A stretch of DNA of 64,000 nucleotides, from NCBI GenBank assembly GCA_028534125.1, contig CM052816.1, positions 44,642,001-44,706,000 on the forward strand, given 5' to 3'. A program made the translations under genes and the position numbers. Positions 12,701 to 27,199 of this stretch are shown one piece after another. The notes beneath the pieces are model-generated. The model was not told the origin of the DNA. It saw only the letters and a list, made by a program, of their open reading frames with translations, and did not search any database. The stretch comes from Lama glama (lineage: Eukaryota). Every line of letters starts with the position of its first letter. Positions within the stretch are counted from its first letter, which is position 1.

Positions 12701-15333
12701 CTTGTATAAGCCTCTCATAGGTTAACAACAAACAAACAAACAACTTAACTCTGTAAAAAAAACTGGCAAAATCTAAAACAGTTTTTGAAAATTCTCCATT
12801 ATTTACTTTGACTAAGTATCAAAGAGGCCACTAGATGCTAAAAATTAGGAAAATAATCTAATAAAGCATTTGGAAAAAAAGGAACATCAAAACAGGAGGA
12901 TTGCTCACGTTTCATACCGGTAGCAGTGTTCCCTCAGAGGGGTGTTTAACTGGGCTTTTGCAGCATGGGGTATGCTGTCTCTTCATGTGGAAACCAAAGG
13001 CCAAGAAATAAAACTACCATAGTGTCTCTGTTCAACAAAAAAGAATAAATCCATGGTGACCATGGAGAATGAGGACAGCATTCTTTCAAGAGGAATTGAG
13101 AGTTTTACAATACTGTGCTGATACAAGAAATCTGGAAATGATCCCAAAGAATTAAAGTGTACATGCATTTCCAAGAAAAACTAGATTCAGAAAGAGCTAC
13201 ATGAAGTTTATATTATTGCTCTTAGTTGAATGCTACTGCTTGAGAATGGTAGGTAATTTGGAATTTTAAAAGATGTGCCTTATATATGTTATTTTCAAGG
13301 AAAAAGCTGAATAAAATATTTTTCAAAAACCAAAGGACAGAAAGGCTGTCTATTCCAGTGAATTATTAAATAATTCTTTGTAAAATGTAACGCTAAGTAA
13401 TAAAATGATGTCTAGGTAAGAAATTGTATTTGTTGTGATCAGAGCCAGCAATTACACTGATGTTTTCTACATGCGTGACTTAAACATCTATTGAAGAAGT
13501 AAGAATAAGCAGCCTTTCTTTCAGATCCTATCTGCAAGGGTGGTTTTGTAAATCACCGCTTCATCGTATGTGGTGATGCTGTGACATCAATGAATATATG
13601 TACTCTCAAGGATTTTCATCGATGATGTGTTTCAAACACAGTAGTGAAAACATTTTACTAAAAATGTAGGCACAGAATCTAGAATCTTTGAAATTCTGAG
13701 GCATCTTCCCATAGAGGAATCCCTTGTATTTCTAATCTGGTTCAAACTGCTATTGTCACTACTATCTGAATAGAAACATTTCACTCAACTATGAAAGGCA
13801 TCTAAAGAGGTAAAATCTAAAGGCCTTAAAGAGAGAAGATATTTTAAGAGGTATTTTTATTAGAAGTAAGTGCATCTGCATTGTGATTTTTTTTTTAAGT
13901 TAGCAGATATGGACTTCATCATCAATAGTCTTAGATAAATTCACCCCTTATGTTTTGGTTTTATAATCTAGGAACTGGAAAACTCCACTGCCCACTTCAG
14001 ATGTTATAATAAGATCATATGGTATTTGAATATAAAATGTGACAGACTAAGGGTCAATAATATTAATAAGTACCAAAATCATGGACTACATCTACAACCT
14101 TACTCAATCCATAATTAGGTATTGTTGATTTTAGAACATATGCCAAATGCTACAATTTTTAAAAATACCTGTTTCTCTTTATCAGTCTGCTTATTTTATG
14201 AATTTCCGAAGCATATCAGGATCTTCCGTGATTCAACTAAATTAAACAGACATAACTGGAACAGTGAGAGACAACTTATTAGACATTTACTTGGCTAAAA
14301 CAGGACACTCTAACGTACAAAAGTTTCCATTGTTAGTTATCTCTCAGAAAATTACCAAGGTTATGATGCCTGTTTCTCCTTTCACTTTTTAACCATAAAG
14401 GGAATAGTTTGTCTAGAAAAGTTTTATTAAAAACATACAGAAACTTGAAGCTAAAGCAAAATTCCACCCATTTGCATGTTCTTACTTAGCTCTTCACTTG
14501 TAACAAATAAGCATCAAAGTAAGAAATGTCTTATACACATAAAGGAACTGAACTTGATTTCCTTTGAATATGAAAACTACATTCTTGGCTTTGAGTGATT
14601 TTTCTTCTCCACAAACAACCACAGTGCATATCCAAGCACCAAATGCAGATAAGGAGGAATAAAGTTGAGATCCGCCTCAATCATCTTTCACCAAACTTTA
14701 TCTCTTCCCATTCGTACATACTTCTGCTTATAACTTACTTCCTATTGGAACCTTTACAAACCATGTTAACTAGTCTTAATTCAATGTATACCTAGATTAG
14801 GTAGAGGAAAAAAAATCTTTGCTTAGCCTAGAACCACTCTAGTCTTCCTCCTAACCCCAAAATTGAGGTTATCAGGAAGAAATAAACAAGCAAATGAGCA
14901 ATAAAAAGCCTATTTTTAAAGTCTAAACTAAGTAATGCTATCAGTTGTTTATTTAAGGAGTGTTTATTGTCTTGAATGATAACTCTCAGTTTCTCAGCCT
15001 CTCTGCTCCATGTTTTCCTTTGTGAGATGAAGTCTAGGTGCACCAAAGTGCGTGAGACATGAAGCAGGGAAAGGTCAGGTGCTCAGATAAAGTGTCCATT
15101 GTCTCCTCCAGGCTCTGAGGTTATAGAGGTGTTGCTCACCCAGCTGGCCATGGAGGAGGAGCACCTTAATAGCATAGCCTAGTCTGATCTTTTAGTCTCT
15201 TTGGGAAGAGGCAGTGTTCCCATATGATTCAGGGCTCATCCAGGCTCATGTTGGTGCTATCAGAATTCTTTCATTTAATCTTTTATAATTAAATCTATAA
15301 TCATCCAGCAGCAAGGTCCTTCTCGTGATCCCC

Positions 15334-15806
15334 TGTACTGGTCAAGTTTCTCCTGTTACAACATTGTATAAATAAACTCCAACTCTACCTTTTAGTGACT
15401 TGCAAATACAAATTTATTTTTCTTGCACAAAGGTTTGTGGTTTGGCTTGAGTGGCTCTGCTTTAGGCTCTAGGTCCTGTTCAGGTCTTTTTCATGTGTTT
15501 TTTACTTTGAGAACAGTCACTACCCAGATTAGGATCTTTTTGTGATGAATAGCAAAAGGGCAAGAGGGGCCAACAGAAACATATGATGCTCCTTAAGACC
15601 ATGGCACAGACTAACATACTGTCACTTCTGCCCAGAGCCTACTGGCCAAAGAAAATCATATGACCAAGCCAAAATCTATGTAGGGGAGGTGTATAACCAC
15701 ATACTCTTGTCAGAAGCAATGGAAATTTAAATATTAGAGAGCGTGAATGTATATTTCTATGACAGGAAATAATGATGTATTAGGTGCAATAATTCAGTTC
15801 ACCGCA
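15334..15806 (-). mobile_element. Solo MaLR LTR (MLT1H/G-like)
   Basis: TG...CA ends; internal ctgtcacttctgccc...ctactggccaaagaaaatcatatgaccaagcc; 5-bp flanks tcccc/tctcc fit a degenerate TSD. Confidence 0.8.
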
Positions 15807-16899
15807 TCTCCTCTGGAAAACTCTAGACTGAGTACCATCTGCTTCACGGTCTTGTCTATGTCCCACTAGCTAGGCCCTGGTTTCTTGTTATCTGACCACA
15901 AAGAACTGCTGGGCTGATGTGTCTGTGCTTCCACCCTGCCTCTCCAGAGACCTTACTAAGCCTGCCCTCCTTCCCTTCTCTAAATCTGAGATAGGAGAAA
16001 CTGTGGCCAATTCTTTTTTCTTCACTTTTGTTCTTCGCAGCTTCTAATAATCCCATTCTAGACTAGAAAAGAAGAGATTTCTACCATATCATATCCTCAG
16101 TCTTTGGTACCCCATCTTCCTGGGAAACATTAAATGGCAAACAAGGATATTTTCTTTGTGTATTAGAAGAATTCCATGATGCACATCCTCCAGGATCAAA
16201 TGCTAGACGATAACAACAACATCAACAACAACAAAAGAAGGAATTTGGAAAATTTTCCCTCTAGGAAACTGCTTTGTTTGCAAAGCTAGAGACCAAATGT
16301 ATAATCAATCCCATTTTTGAATATCAGAAGCTGAATACCAACTAAGTCTTTCCGTCTTACATTTCCTTGTAACACACACCTACTTCCCTTTAGACTTGAT
16401 GGCTAGGGAGAAGGTTATGTTTTCTAGAAAGCAAGAGATAAAAGCACATTAAGTTTTTTTATATTGCCATTATATATGTAAGTTTATATTTTCCTTAATT
16501 TTCTGAGTTTCCACTCCCTGACAATAGACTATGTTGTATATAATTTTATTCCCCTTGGAAATAATCAGAATAACTATTAGAGAGAAAATAAATATATGAT
16601 ATAAGTAATTCAATAACAGTTGTCGCCTTGGGAGTTGATTCCTGGTAAAGAAATATTGACTGAAATAGCACTTGCATCCTCATTTGAAAAGAGGATGTCC
16701 AAAGGAAAGAAGGAAAAGGAGGGGGAGAGATGATTCTAGGAGCTCAGCCAAGGCAGTACGGAGGGAAGAGCAGAATCAGCATGCTCAGAAAGGAGACGTG
16801 TTTTTAAAACTGAATAAATAAAAACAAAATGAAATGTATTTTAATCCGCATTTGTAACAGGAAATTCACATATATTAAAAAAAGAGATAGTGTAACAAA

Positions 16900-17056
16900 A
16901 ATACACTGTAAGACACTGTAATGGTGGATACAGGTCATTTTTCATTTGTCCAAATTCATACTTTGTATAATCAAGAGAGAACTCTGTAAACTATGAAATT
17001 TAGATGTATCAATAGAGGTTCATCAATTGTAATAATAATAAATGTATCACTCTGTT
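16900..17056 (+). mobile_element. L1MC-type 3'-end fragment
   Basis: ctgtaatggtggatacaggtcatt...catttgtccaaa...gtaaactatg...ggttcatcaattgtaa...atgtatcactctg. Confidence 0.8.
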
Positions 17057-18387
17057 CTTAAAAAACAGCCTTGAGAAAGAGACAGAAGAGAGGAAAGATA
17101 TTTCATGTCCTTACAACAAAGGCCAAAAAAAAAAAAAAAGAAAGAAAGAAAAAAATCAGGCTTACTCATCAGTCCAAGGATCTATAAATGATAGGTTGTG
17201 ATTTGTATTCAACATTCAAAACTTTGGGCTTGTTTTGAAGGGAGATAATTATGTAGAGATCCTTAGAGAGCACACCCAATCTGGTTATAAAAAGCATAAT
17301 TCTGGGAAGCGGTACCCAGAAAGAACAGCCTGATCTGGTTTATAATAATATGTATGAGCAAAGTAAAAAAAGTAATTGTGTTAGAGGAAGAATATTTTTC
17401 AAATACACCTGCTGGAAGAGCCAAGATATTTCCTCATGTTACCTTTTAATAGGTTGGACTTCGTTTTATTCAGAATATTGGTACTTTAACTCAACCTACT
17501 TCCATTGACATCTCCATCAAAGGTTAGGATATAAACTGTACAGTATATATAATTTGTGAAGCTGGTAATAATTTGCTAACGATTAGCCTCAAAAAGTGCC
17601 TGTTGATAATTAAGTATCTTTTGATATGAGTAATACAGAAGAAAGTACTCTGAATTAGGTATAAATATTATCAATTTCACAACAGAGAACTGTTTCCTTA
17701 ATGATTTGCCATCCAAGGCTCTCTTTTTAGAGGGGAGGAAACAGCACTATTTCTAGCAGGCCACAGGCCATCTCATTGTGCCTGTGACAGACTGGCTGGC
17801 TAAAGACCTTCCCTCAAATGAGCAACACATTTTGTTTTTAAAATGGAGTTATTTTAAAATACTCAAAAATGCATGTGGTGTTCAACTATGAGTACAATTT
17901 AAATCATTTTAATATTTCAAATAAATCCAAGTATTTTTCAAAAGTAATTTTTCATACTTCAAAGTTTTTTTGGCACCTAGGTCATACTGGCAACATTAAT
18001 AGAGGAAAATAATTCTATTTAAAAAGAGACCAAAACTTAAATACAAAGCAGCAGCCTAACTTAAAAACTCTATTTTTTTTTTGCTTGTTTCCAAATAATA
18101 CAATTTTTATCACAACCTTTAAGATCTATTTTAGTGATATATATTCCAGAAAAATTCTCCAGAATCTTATCAGGAAACAAATGGATGCATATCTCCATAT
18201 AGCCACATCACTATTGACAGAACTTGTTCTCCCTGAGGAAGAGTTTCCTAAATGTTAGAATTGTTTTTCTATCCCCCAACTAGAATACTCTTAATATGTA
18301 TTGTTAAGAAATTTATCGTAGACCCTTATAGGTTCTTCTAGGGTTAATCACTGCTCTGCCAATTCATTGACAGTAAAAGACAAAATT

Positions 18388-18500
18388 CATGCTTTATTGA
18401 GCATTTGTTTTGTGCTAAACACTGACAAATGCTTAACATAGCTTATCTACTTTAATCTTCATGAAGACCTTACGGGACAGAAAACCAAAAAAGTAGAGAG
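18388..18500 (-). mobile_element. MIR SINE fragment
   Basis: tttattgagcatttgttttgtgctaaacactg...tttaatcttcatg. Confidence 0.6.
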
Positions 18501-19134
18501 ATTCATTATGTGACAGCAGATCCAACTGCTGCACTACTTGAACTTCATTCTTTAAAAATGTCATCATGCTGTTGAAAAGTCCATGTGATAATGGTGAAGG
18601 GGTGGAAATGTGGGAGAGTGTGTGGAGGGAGGAAAGAGAGAAGGCACTAAGGAGAGAATGACACTAGCATCAGAACATCTAAAATCACATGGCCTTGGTG
18701 GGGAAGCTTCTGCCTTCCCTGCTAACACTCAAGAGGTCACACTGCCAACAGATACAGAGCTCAGTATCATTGTCTACATTTTCTTCCAGAAAGGCATTAG
18801 GGACTTTTGTGCAAAAGACTGCTGATCCATTTTGTAATGTGTGGGAGTATGTGCATATGTGTGTGTGTATGTGATAAGAAAGTATAAAACTTTACAATAT
18901 TTACACTCTCCTAATTGGAAATTCAGAGAGATACAATACTATGACTGATGTAGAAACAGGATCTCTATTGCACTTTAAACCAAAGTCCAGCTAAGGAATT
19001 TAGTCTTATAGATAAGTATCACAACCTCAACAATTCTCATGCCCTTTTAGGCAATAATGAAGTTTCTCAAAATCTAAAATAAAAAGAAGATACCCAAATC
19101 AGACAGTTTTACATACCAAAAACTATCTTATATA

Positions 19135-19500
19135 CAGTGAAACACTGGAGAAAGACTAAATGTTCACAATAGTAGAATGTTAAATAAATAAGTATTTATA
19201 TATAAATGCCATATATGTGATAATAATATGTATCTGAAAAGCATAAAGATGTTTTATAGTCTTAAATTCATGTAGTATCATATAATATTAGATGGAAAGC
19301 ACGGGATTCAATATTGCATAAAAATTCAGAAGGCCATCATCATATAAAGCAAAAAACATAAGATAAGAGACCCATACCAACAACTCTGAGTGGTTATCCG
19401 AGTACCAGGATTGTTTATTTTTCCCGTGTTTTTGTTTTTCTTTACTTACTTTTTGTATTTACTACAAAGAGGAGCTACTACGTTTGTTTTTGCAAAAATA
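19135..19500 (+). mobile_element. L1ME-type 3'-end fragment
   Basis: ctggagaaagactaaatgttcacaatagtagaatgttaaataaat and downstream gagtggttatc...gtatttactacaaag. Confidence 0.55.
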
Positions 19501-22500
19501 ATGCATTTAAAATTATAAACAACTATCTTGCTGTCCCCATGAAATGAGATAAAACTTTATGAAACTAGATAAAATAAGATTTTTGAATAAAAAAAGATTT
19601 TCCATTCTGATGATCAGATCTTTTAAAATTATTTCACAAATTGCTTGCTAATATCCATGATATTTTCATATTTTAGATTCTACTTTAACATATTTCTAAA
19701 TTGTTTAATAAAAATTAATTTTGGTAATTGAACTTATTCAAGACATAGGAAATACCTTTTATTTGGAACAATATTAAGGAATAAGTATGACAGAAAAATA
19801 CTTAAACAGCTATCATAAATCAAAGAATTGGGTTGAAAAGTGTACATAAAATGCATAAGTAATATCTGCACTGAGACTTAGCATTGCTAAGTGTTCTATT
19901 ATACCACTACAGAAAAGTTCATTGGAAGAATACTTGCTTGGCTCATTTTGAATACTGGATAATTCTTTAAACTTTGCGTCTAGAGAAAGGGGTCTATGAA
20001 GAAAGGACTAGATTTTGCAGTTGAATGTTGCAGTTATGTTGTCTTACCTTTTATACAGTAAGTTATGTTTTCAAAGATCTACATTCAATTTATATTAGTC
20101 CTACAATGTCACTGCAAGGCATACAAACCAAATACTTAATGAAGTTTGCAGAGTTTTGTGACCTTTTCCATAGCCCACAGGTTGCAAATCTATGAACAGA
20201 GACCAAGTCTTATAGTCCTATGTTTTTTAATATAACACCTTTTTTTATTTCTAAAGACATTTCTTTTTAACCCAAGTGAGAGAAAGAAGTTGGACAGTAG
20301 GATCTCCTTGCACAAGGCAAATTATGTCAGGTGAGTGAACTTGTCTAAACACAGGACAAAAGATGAAAATTGGAATTTATATGTGCATAAACTTGTCTGT
20401 TTTCCTCCAGTTCCTATCTCAGATCACATGCTTCTCATCTACTATTACAATGCAAGGTACCTAGAGTGTGTTCCACAGCTGCTCCCAGGGTGTGGAGACT
20501 AATAGTAACTTCCTTGTCATTATATAGGCACAAGAAAACACTAACATTTTGCCTCAGAACTCTCAATTAACAGTTTACTCAGGCACTTCTAACCTGCAGG
20601 TCCATTAAAACAGTTTAAAAGGAGTGGGCACTGTAGTCAAACAGTATGTCACGAAATCTACACTTGGCCTTATGGAAATATGTATGTTGTATTCATAGAG
20701 AAGCAAGGATACTAAGGTCAGAGTAGCCAGCTCCTTGCTGCAAAGTAATAGGTTTGAATTTTGTCTTGTTTATGACCATTAAAACATTTCAAAGAAATAT
20801 CCATCACATGTGCTGTTGAGTAAAATAAACTAAGCTGCAGACAAAGCAGAAAAAGACAATGGTGCTTCTGAAGTTGGTTAACAAGTAGATGTCAGTCTTT
20901 GCAAATATAGGACTTTATATATCAGTTTAATAAATTTTCAAATGCTTTATGACTTCAGTGATTAGGCATTAGAGCTAATTACTCTAAGTATTTTTTTCTT
21001 CAAGGCTTACTTGCTACTTTTACTCATTCAACTGAAACAATTAGATTCGCCAAGAGAAACGGGTAATGTCTTTTCAAACCATATTTCCCATAACACTTAG
21101 TTTCCTGCAGCAAATCATTAAACAATCAACAGATGCATTTAGTTTCCAGTCTATATAACTTTGAGCAATTATTTTGAAGGGCAAAAGTGGCTTTTTTTTC
21201 TCCTTTGCTACCAAATATCTTCTCCTGCCCCAGTTAGATAGGTTATTAAAGAAACTGCTTTGCTTCTGTGTAACTTACACGCTACTTTCTGTTTCAAAAT
21301 ACCGAGTGTTAATATCAAGTGGTATGAAAGGTCTTGGCGCAGGGAAAAGATGAGATTTAAAGTTCACTTTGTGGACAAGAAAATGAGTGACAGTTGATAC
21401 CCACAGTAAAGGAACCATCCCTGTTAGCAAGGATAAGCACCCCACAATATCACCTAGGAAACTATATGCTACAGAACTGACAAATTATTGGGAACCCCTC
21501 TCACCAACTGCCTTTTGTTTCATCCCCAAAATACAAAGCAAGTGTACTTTAGTGACATGATTTTTTCTTTTTCTGGCACCTTTCCATAGCCAATTCCATT
21601 CATGCAGAAAAAGGATGAAATTCCATCATTCGAGCATGACATCTCAAAATTCAAACTTAATGAGAGCTTTGGCAGCTTCTGTCGAAGGCAGACAGTGATT
21701 AACAAAACACTTCAGAGTACAAGGCACAGCAGTGCTCAAAGAAAACAGTGATGATCTCCACTTAATTGTAGAAAAGCCCAAAGCATCTGCCAGCCGAGGA
21801 GAGCTGGAGCCATAAGGAGCTATTGCTCAGATAGGCTGTCATCTCCAGAGATCAACAACCATATGCTCAGCTCAAGCACAAACTCCAAAGAAGTTAATTT
21901 TCTGACAAAATACAGGGATAAATATGACATTCAAACAAGTGTGCTCACCCATCCTGAACACACGTTCATCTGCACGCATCAGATTTATGCATCGTTTAAA
22001 CACAAGCAAATATAATTTGTTTGGAACACAAACATTGCTGCATGAGTACAGGTATAATTAATCTTTGTCTGCTCCACAGGTTCTTGTGTTCTACTGGTTA
22101 ACCACGCTTTTCAACAAACTTTTGATGAATGGAGAAGGCACTTGTTGCTTCATACCTAAACGTATATACATCACATGTGTTCAAGCTCTTGAAATCAATG
22201 CAACTTTTTAAACTCAAGATGAAAAATGAGCATTATTGGTATGATTTGAAATATGATACACATACACTCCCTCACATACACACACACAGATCTCTCTTCC
22301 TGTCTATCATCGGTCTGTTTATCTATCTGCCTATCTATCATTCTATCTACGAAAGTAAAGCTGAGATCTTGGCGAAACATTTCTGGGATACCTCTTTGAA
22401 AATATAAGCAAAGTTTTCCACCTGAGAGATACACATTTCTCAGGATAAAATCACTGTAGAAATTGTTTATTAGTACCGATGGTCATGATGTATTCTAGTT

Positions 22501-23109
22501 GAAAATCACACAAGGTAAAAATAAGAAAATAAGCAATAAATGGGTGTCAAGCATAAGGGCTACAAAATTAAAAAATAAAACAATAAGAGATTGCATTCCA
22601 AGTTCGCTCATCATTGAGAGATCAGAGATTATTCTTGAGGTAATACTTCCTGAAAAAATGCAACACGTAGCACCAGATGAACCAGCCTTAGCAGACTCTC
22701 AACTGTGCATGTCTTGAAAACAAGGTGTTTAAGCATTTGCACACTAGCCAAATGGTAGTTAATTTTTCAGAGGTGAATAATTACAGTCCTTTTAAAAATT
22801 AAAGAAACTATCTGGTGGTAAACAAAGTGCTTCAGTAGCAAACCTAACTTCTGCTTTAAAAAGAAACTCTGAATGCCCTTCACAAAAAAGAACTCGACTT
22901 CCCCTTTGTTTGTATCATCAGCATCGTCCAAGGTTGCACACTGAAGCTTAAGCATTGGCTTATTTTTGAATCATAGTCACTCTCCCTGTGTGGAGGTTAC
23001 AGTGGAAAATGTTACATTGTCATGTCCATTTATAAACTTTGTTAGAGTTTGAGTTAACCTGCTATCTTGTAATTTTGTAATTTTGATGTTATTGTGTGCT
23101 CAGCATTTT

Positions 23110-23660
23110 AAAATGTTTTTTAAGATTTCTCTGATCATAGAACCAATTTATGCTTATAATAGAGAATTCATCAAATGCACGCAGGTACAAAAATAAAGTT
23201 TAAATCACCTTAAAGCCATAATTGGCAAAAAAGAAAACTGGTTAATTTTGATAAATTTTTCTCAAATTTATATATACATATATATAAAATGCTCATACCA
23301 TTAAACTCATTAAATATGTTTAATTTTCCCCCTTACACTATACTCTGAACTTTAAGCATTATTTGTATAATTACAGATTTGAAAACATTTTTAAACTGCT
23401 AACATTCCATTGCATATTTGGACTTATTTTACCATGACTTATTTAACCATTTCTCTATTTGGAGTTTCTCTAATTTTTTACCATTATAAATGATACAATA
23501 ATGAAATTCACTATAAAAGTAGTCTTAAGTTATTTCAGCTGGAGTTTCTAGATCAATTGATACGATTATTCTTAAGATTCTTGATACTTGTTAGTAAATT
23601 TTCCTCAAGAATATTAATGACAGTTAATTCTTACTGGATATACATGAAGATTATTATCAT
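23110..23660 (-). mobile_element. Old L1 (L1ME/L1MC4-like) fragment
   Basis: cattccattgcata...ttatttaaccatttctctatt...ccattataaatgatacaataatgaa...agattcttgatac is the reverse complement of the L1 3' region. Confidence 0.65.
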
Positions 23661-24169
23661 TTAATGGCATCTTTATTGATAGATATTTCCTTCAGTTAAA
23701 CCATGTTCTAGATTACTATCAGAAAAAAGGGTTTGTGGTCTGAGAAACAAAAATGAATATGACAAAATTGATTAAAATGCCTCCAAACTAAGATGATTTG
23801 GGTAGAAGGAATATTTACAAATAAATTTCAAATGGAAAACTATGAGAATATTCATAATTTCAATTAGAATTGAAACATTATGGGTTTTGGGTTAAAATAC
23901 ACTTTTTACTTTAAGAATAGAGGAAATAAATAAAAGTCTATAAATAAGCCAAAATAGAAAAGGTAATGAAAAATAGTTCAGAGACAAAGTAGTAAAAGAA
24001 ATATTTTTGACCCATAAGTATAGTTTATCCTCAGGTCAATAGTATATATTGATTTAACACTTTTATACACTTTTCAAGTCTGTCTTCAAGCATACACACA
24101 GGTTTCTTGAATAAGTTTCTTTGAACATTCTTAACCCTTAAACTGCTATAGTACCTTTTCCATCAAAAG

Positions 24170-24670
24170 TCATAAAATAAATGGTCTGCACCCCACTGCT
24201 TCCATTTCCTCACTACCCTCATCCTGTTTATCCAATCTGACTTCCAATCCCATTATTCCACTACAAACAGTTGTTGAAGCACATCATTATTCTAAGTGTC
24301 CCTGGTTTATTTCTAACTTTCTTTCCCTTGTTTTTGTATTTCCTTCTTCTTGAAACCATTTCTAATGCTCTTCCCCTTCATTTGCCCCCATTCTTTCTTC
24401 CTTTGAGAACGACCTCTCTTCCTCTTCACTATCTACATTCAAACAGCTTTTTTTTTTTTTAAGAAATAACAAAATCAACACTTGCTCCAGAAAGCCTTCT
24501 CCTATGGCTGCAACTTGAAAGAATTCATGGCATACATTTGTCATTGATAACATATCACCTACTAGTACTGTTTTATAAACATGTCTTAACTCTCACAATA
24601 AATTTTAAATTGCTTGGAGAAGGCCTGAGGATCTTATATTTATGCATTGATTTGCCTATTATTTCATTCT
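24170..24670 (+). mobile_element. L2 fragments
   Basis: ggtctgcaccccactgcttccatttcctcact...ccaatctgacttccaatcccatt...ccttcttcttgaaacc. Confidence 0.55.
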
Positions 24671-25042
24671 TGTCAGAGAAGCTGTACTAATGGCAGAGTC
24701 CAACATCTTAGAAGGACCAGATGACTCTAGTCTCTCTAACAGCCTATAATTAAAACTGTCTCCTCCACAGTCATTCCTACTGCTCCCTGTGTCATATGAT
24801 GTTTATTCTTCCACTATGACAAAACCATGAGCATTCTCCCATGAAATTATGAATTTTAAAAGATCGAATATAGTGTGTATAGAATATAATGAATACTTAA
24901 TACATCAATACTGCATTGTCTTTCTTACTTCAATTCCCAGTCCTTATTACTTCATTTTCTGTAGAAAATTGCCATTTCTTGGCCTCCAAATATCTGACTC
25001 ATCTTCCTGTTAGCAGGAGTCTCTCTCCCACATTGTGTGGTA

Positions 25043-25643
25043 CAGTCAGTTCCACTCTAACGTGGCATATGTGTTCCTATAAACTGCCATGCAATGCAAA
25101 ATTATACAACAAAATTATTTGGCTTAGGGAAAATGGGGCTAGGGGAACAACTTCATCAGTGACCCAGTAAAATTTTTTAAAACCTAACAACAACAACAAC
25201 AAAAAAATAGCATGGTTTTACACATGTCAAGTGGTTAAGAAATTCATATATACTACAATAAATATGGCACTTTATCATGAAAAATATCTGAAGTTTGCTT
25301 ATGAGTGAGTGATGGTAGGGACAGAGCATGTGAGTTAGTGTGAAGTGGTGGAGGAGGGTTATTTGAAGCCAGAGAACACTGTAACACCAGTGGTGTGACT
25401 CATACTACACACAGTGAACTCGGCTATCTGGTAGATGTCTGAAGTTTGTTTCTGGGTGGGTAGGTGGTTGTGTTTCGTGTATTCCTAAGTGGCTTAGGTC
25501 AGCTGAATAGTTTTCTGCACTCGCTTAGTCTTTCTCACAATCATAATTAAAGAAACATGAAATTTGCATTATGCTCAAACTGTCCCCTCAACATATCAAT
25601 GGAAATTTGTGTTTTCGAAGTAAACATGACGTCAGAAGTGCAG
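25043..25643. mobile_element. Tigger-family DNA transposon relic (Tigger13a-like)
   Basis: TA followed by cagtcagttccactctaacg; internal ggcttagggaaaatggggctaggggaacaac; decayed opposite end gtgttttcgaagtaaacatgacgtcagaagtg. Confidence 0.75.
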
Positions 25644-25679
25644 GCACATACCACATTTAGATGTGCTTTTCTATCCCAA

Positions 25680-27195
25680 TTACAGAAGGTCCCAAACATC
25701 ACCAGCTTTGTGTAAAATTCAGAACAGGAACAGGCTCTTCAAATGTTCCAGGTTCAATACAAATGCTTCTGTCATTTGGTCCTTATGAACCATTGGGTCC
25801 ATTTGTACCCCATTTGTACTGTGGTGGATGGAGCTGCAGTCTAGAGCTTATTATATACAAAAGGTAAAATCATATTAATATCTTTCAGAGTTTATAGCAA
25901 AATCATGCCTTCTATAAATAGCTGTTTTCTTTCTGAGAAATAACTTGACTTTTTCTACCCTCCACTGTTAAACAACAGATAACCATGTGCCCTGATCGGC
26001 TTAGTGTTATTTAAATTCATGAACTCAGATGTCCCCAACATCCACTGATTGTTTTACTCATTGTAAAAGTCAGAAGGGCCTGAATGTACAAGTTGCAGGA
26101 AAACTTGACTTACACTCTCGACATGACAATACTTGCCACACGTCTATCAATTTCTTAATCCACACGTACGGACTCATAACTACAATTAGTTACCTGAAGA
26201 GGAAAAAACTGAATTTGGTTTATAGCTGGCTTTATATCATATGCTAGCCCAGAGTATACCCTCAGGACAGGTCAGGAAGGATAGAAAAGAAAATCTCCTA
26301 CGGGGTAGAACTCTGTGTGACACATTTCATTATCCTCTTTGTCTGGAAGGAAAAATAGTCTGATTTTATACAATACGTGCATATACCATACATGCATAGT
26401 GGCTAAGATATGGTCAGAGATTCAAAAATATTTGAAAATTAATAACTAGCTTAAAGAAATGTATTTGGGTAGATCTATTGAAACAGTTTCAGCATGGAAG
26501 GATATTTGTGTCCTTGAATGCTCACCTCCACTGTCAAAAAGTTTCTCAATAATCAGGTAGACAAGCAACTACTCTCTGTGAATGCCATTTAGCCTCTGTT
26601 TCCTAGCAACCCACTCAAGCCAGTGCTTTCACAATGGGCTTACAAACAAAGTGCTACCGTGGCAAAGACAGGGGCTACGTGTGGGCCCAACTAAACGGAC
26701 TTCCCTTCACCCAAATGGATCTGGCTATAACTACTGCTAGATGTCATGATGCCAACATGACAGGTCAGTCTAAAACCTATAAATCCCTAGAATCAATCAT
26801 CCACTTGTTGGTTTGCCCATTACACACCAGCCTATTTCCATTACAGAGAGAACAGAAATTTGACTCACTGGGGGAAAAAAAACACTTTATGGATTTGAAT
26901 TTTTCTTAACTACCTACCATGGTTTTGCCAGCAAAATCATCTGGTTACTTGCTGCTATTCCATTCATCATCTTCAGGGAATTTACATTATAATTAAGAAA
27001 GTAGGTAAAGATCTGATATCTAGAAGTTTCATTGTTCTTATCATATCAATTACAGAAATAGATGCACTTACAGAACTGGAAGATGGTATAGCAAATGCAA
27101 TAGTGTCAGGAGGTAGACAATGCCTTGAGCCATTGAACTGCTGTCCTATGTGATGAAGTGTTTGTTCTGAACCAGCAACAATATAGGAAAAGCTG
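25680..27195 (+). mobile_element. ERV-L/MaLR-class internal pol remnant (RT connection, RNase H, integrase)
   Basis: translated pieces LSFGPYEPLGPFV (ERVL LPLGPYDPADPMV), NNQVDK, SQWAYKQS and RGKDRGYVWAQLNGLPFTQMDLAITTARC (ERVL GGRDGGYAWAQQHGLPLTKADLATATAEC); multiple frameshifts. Confidence 0.85.
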
Positions 27196-27199
27196 GAGT

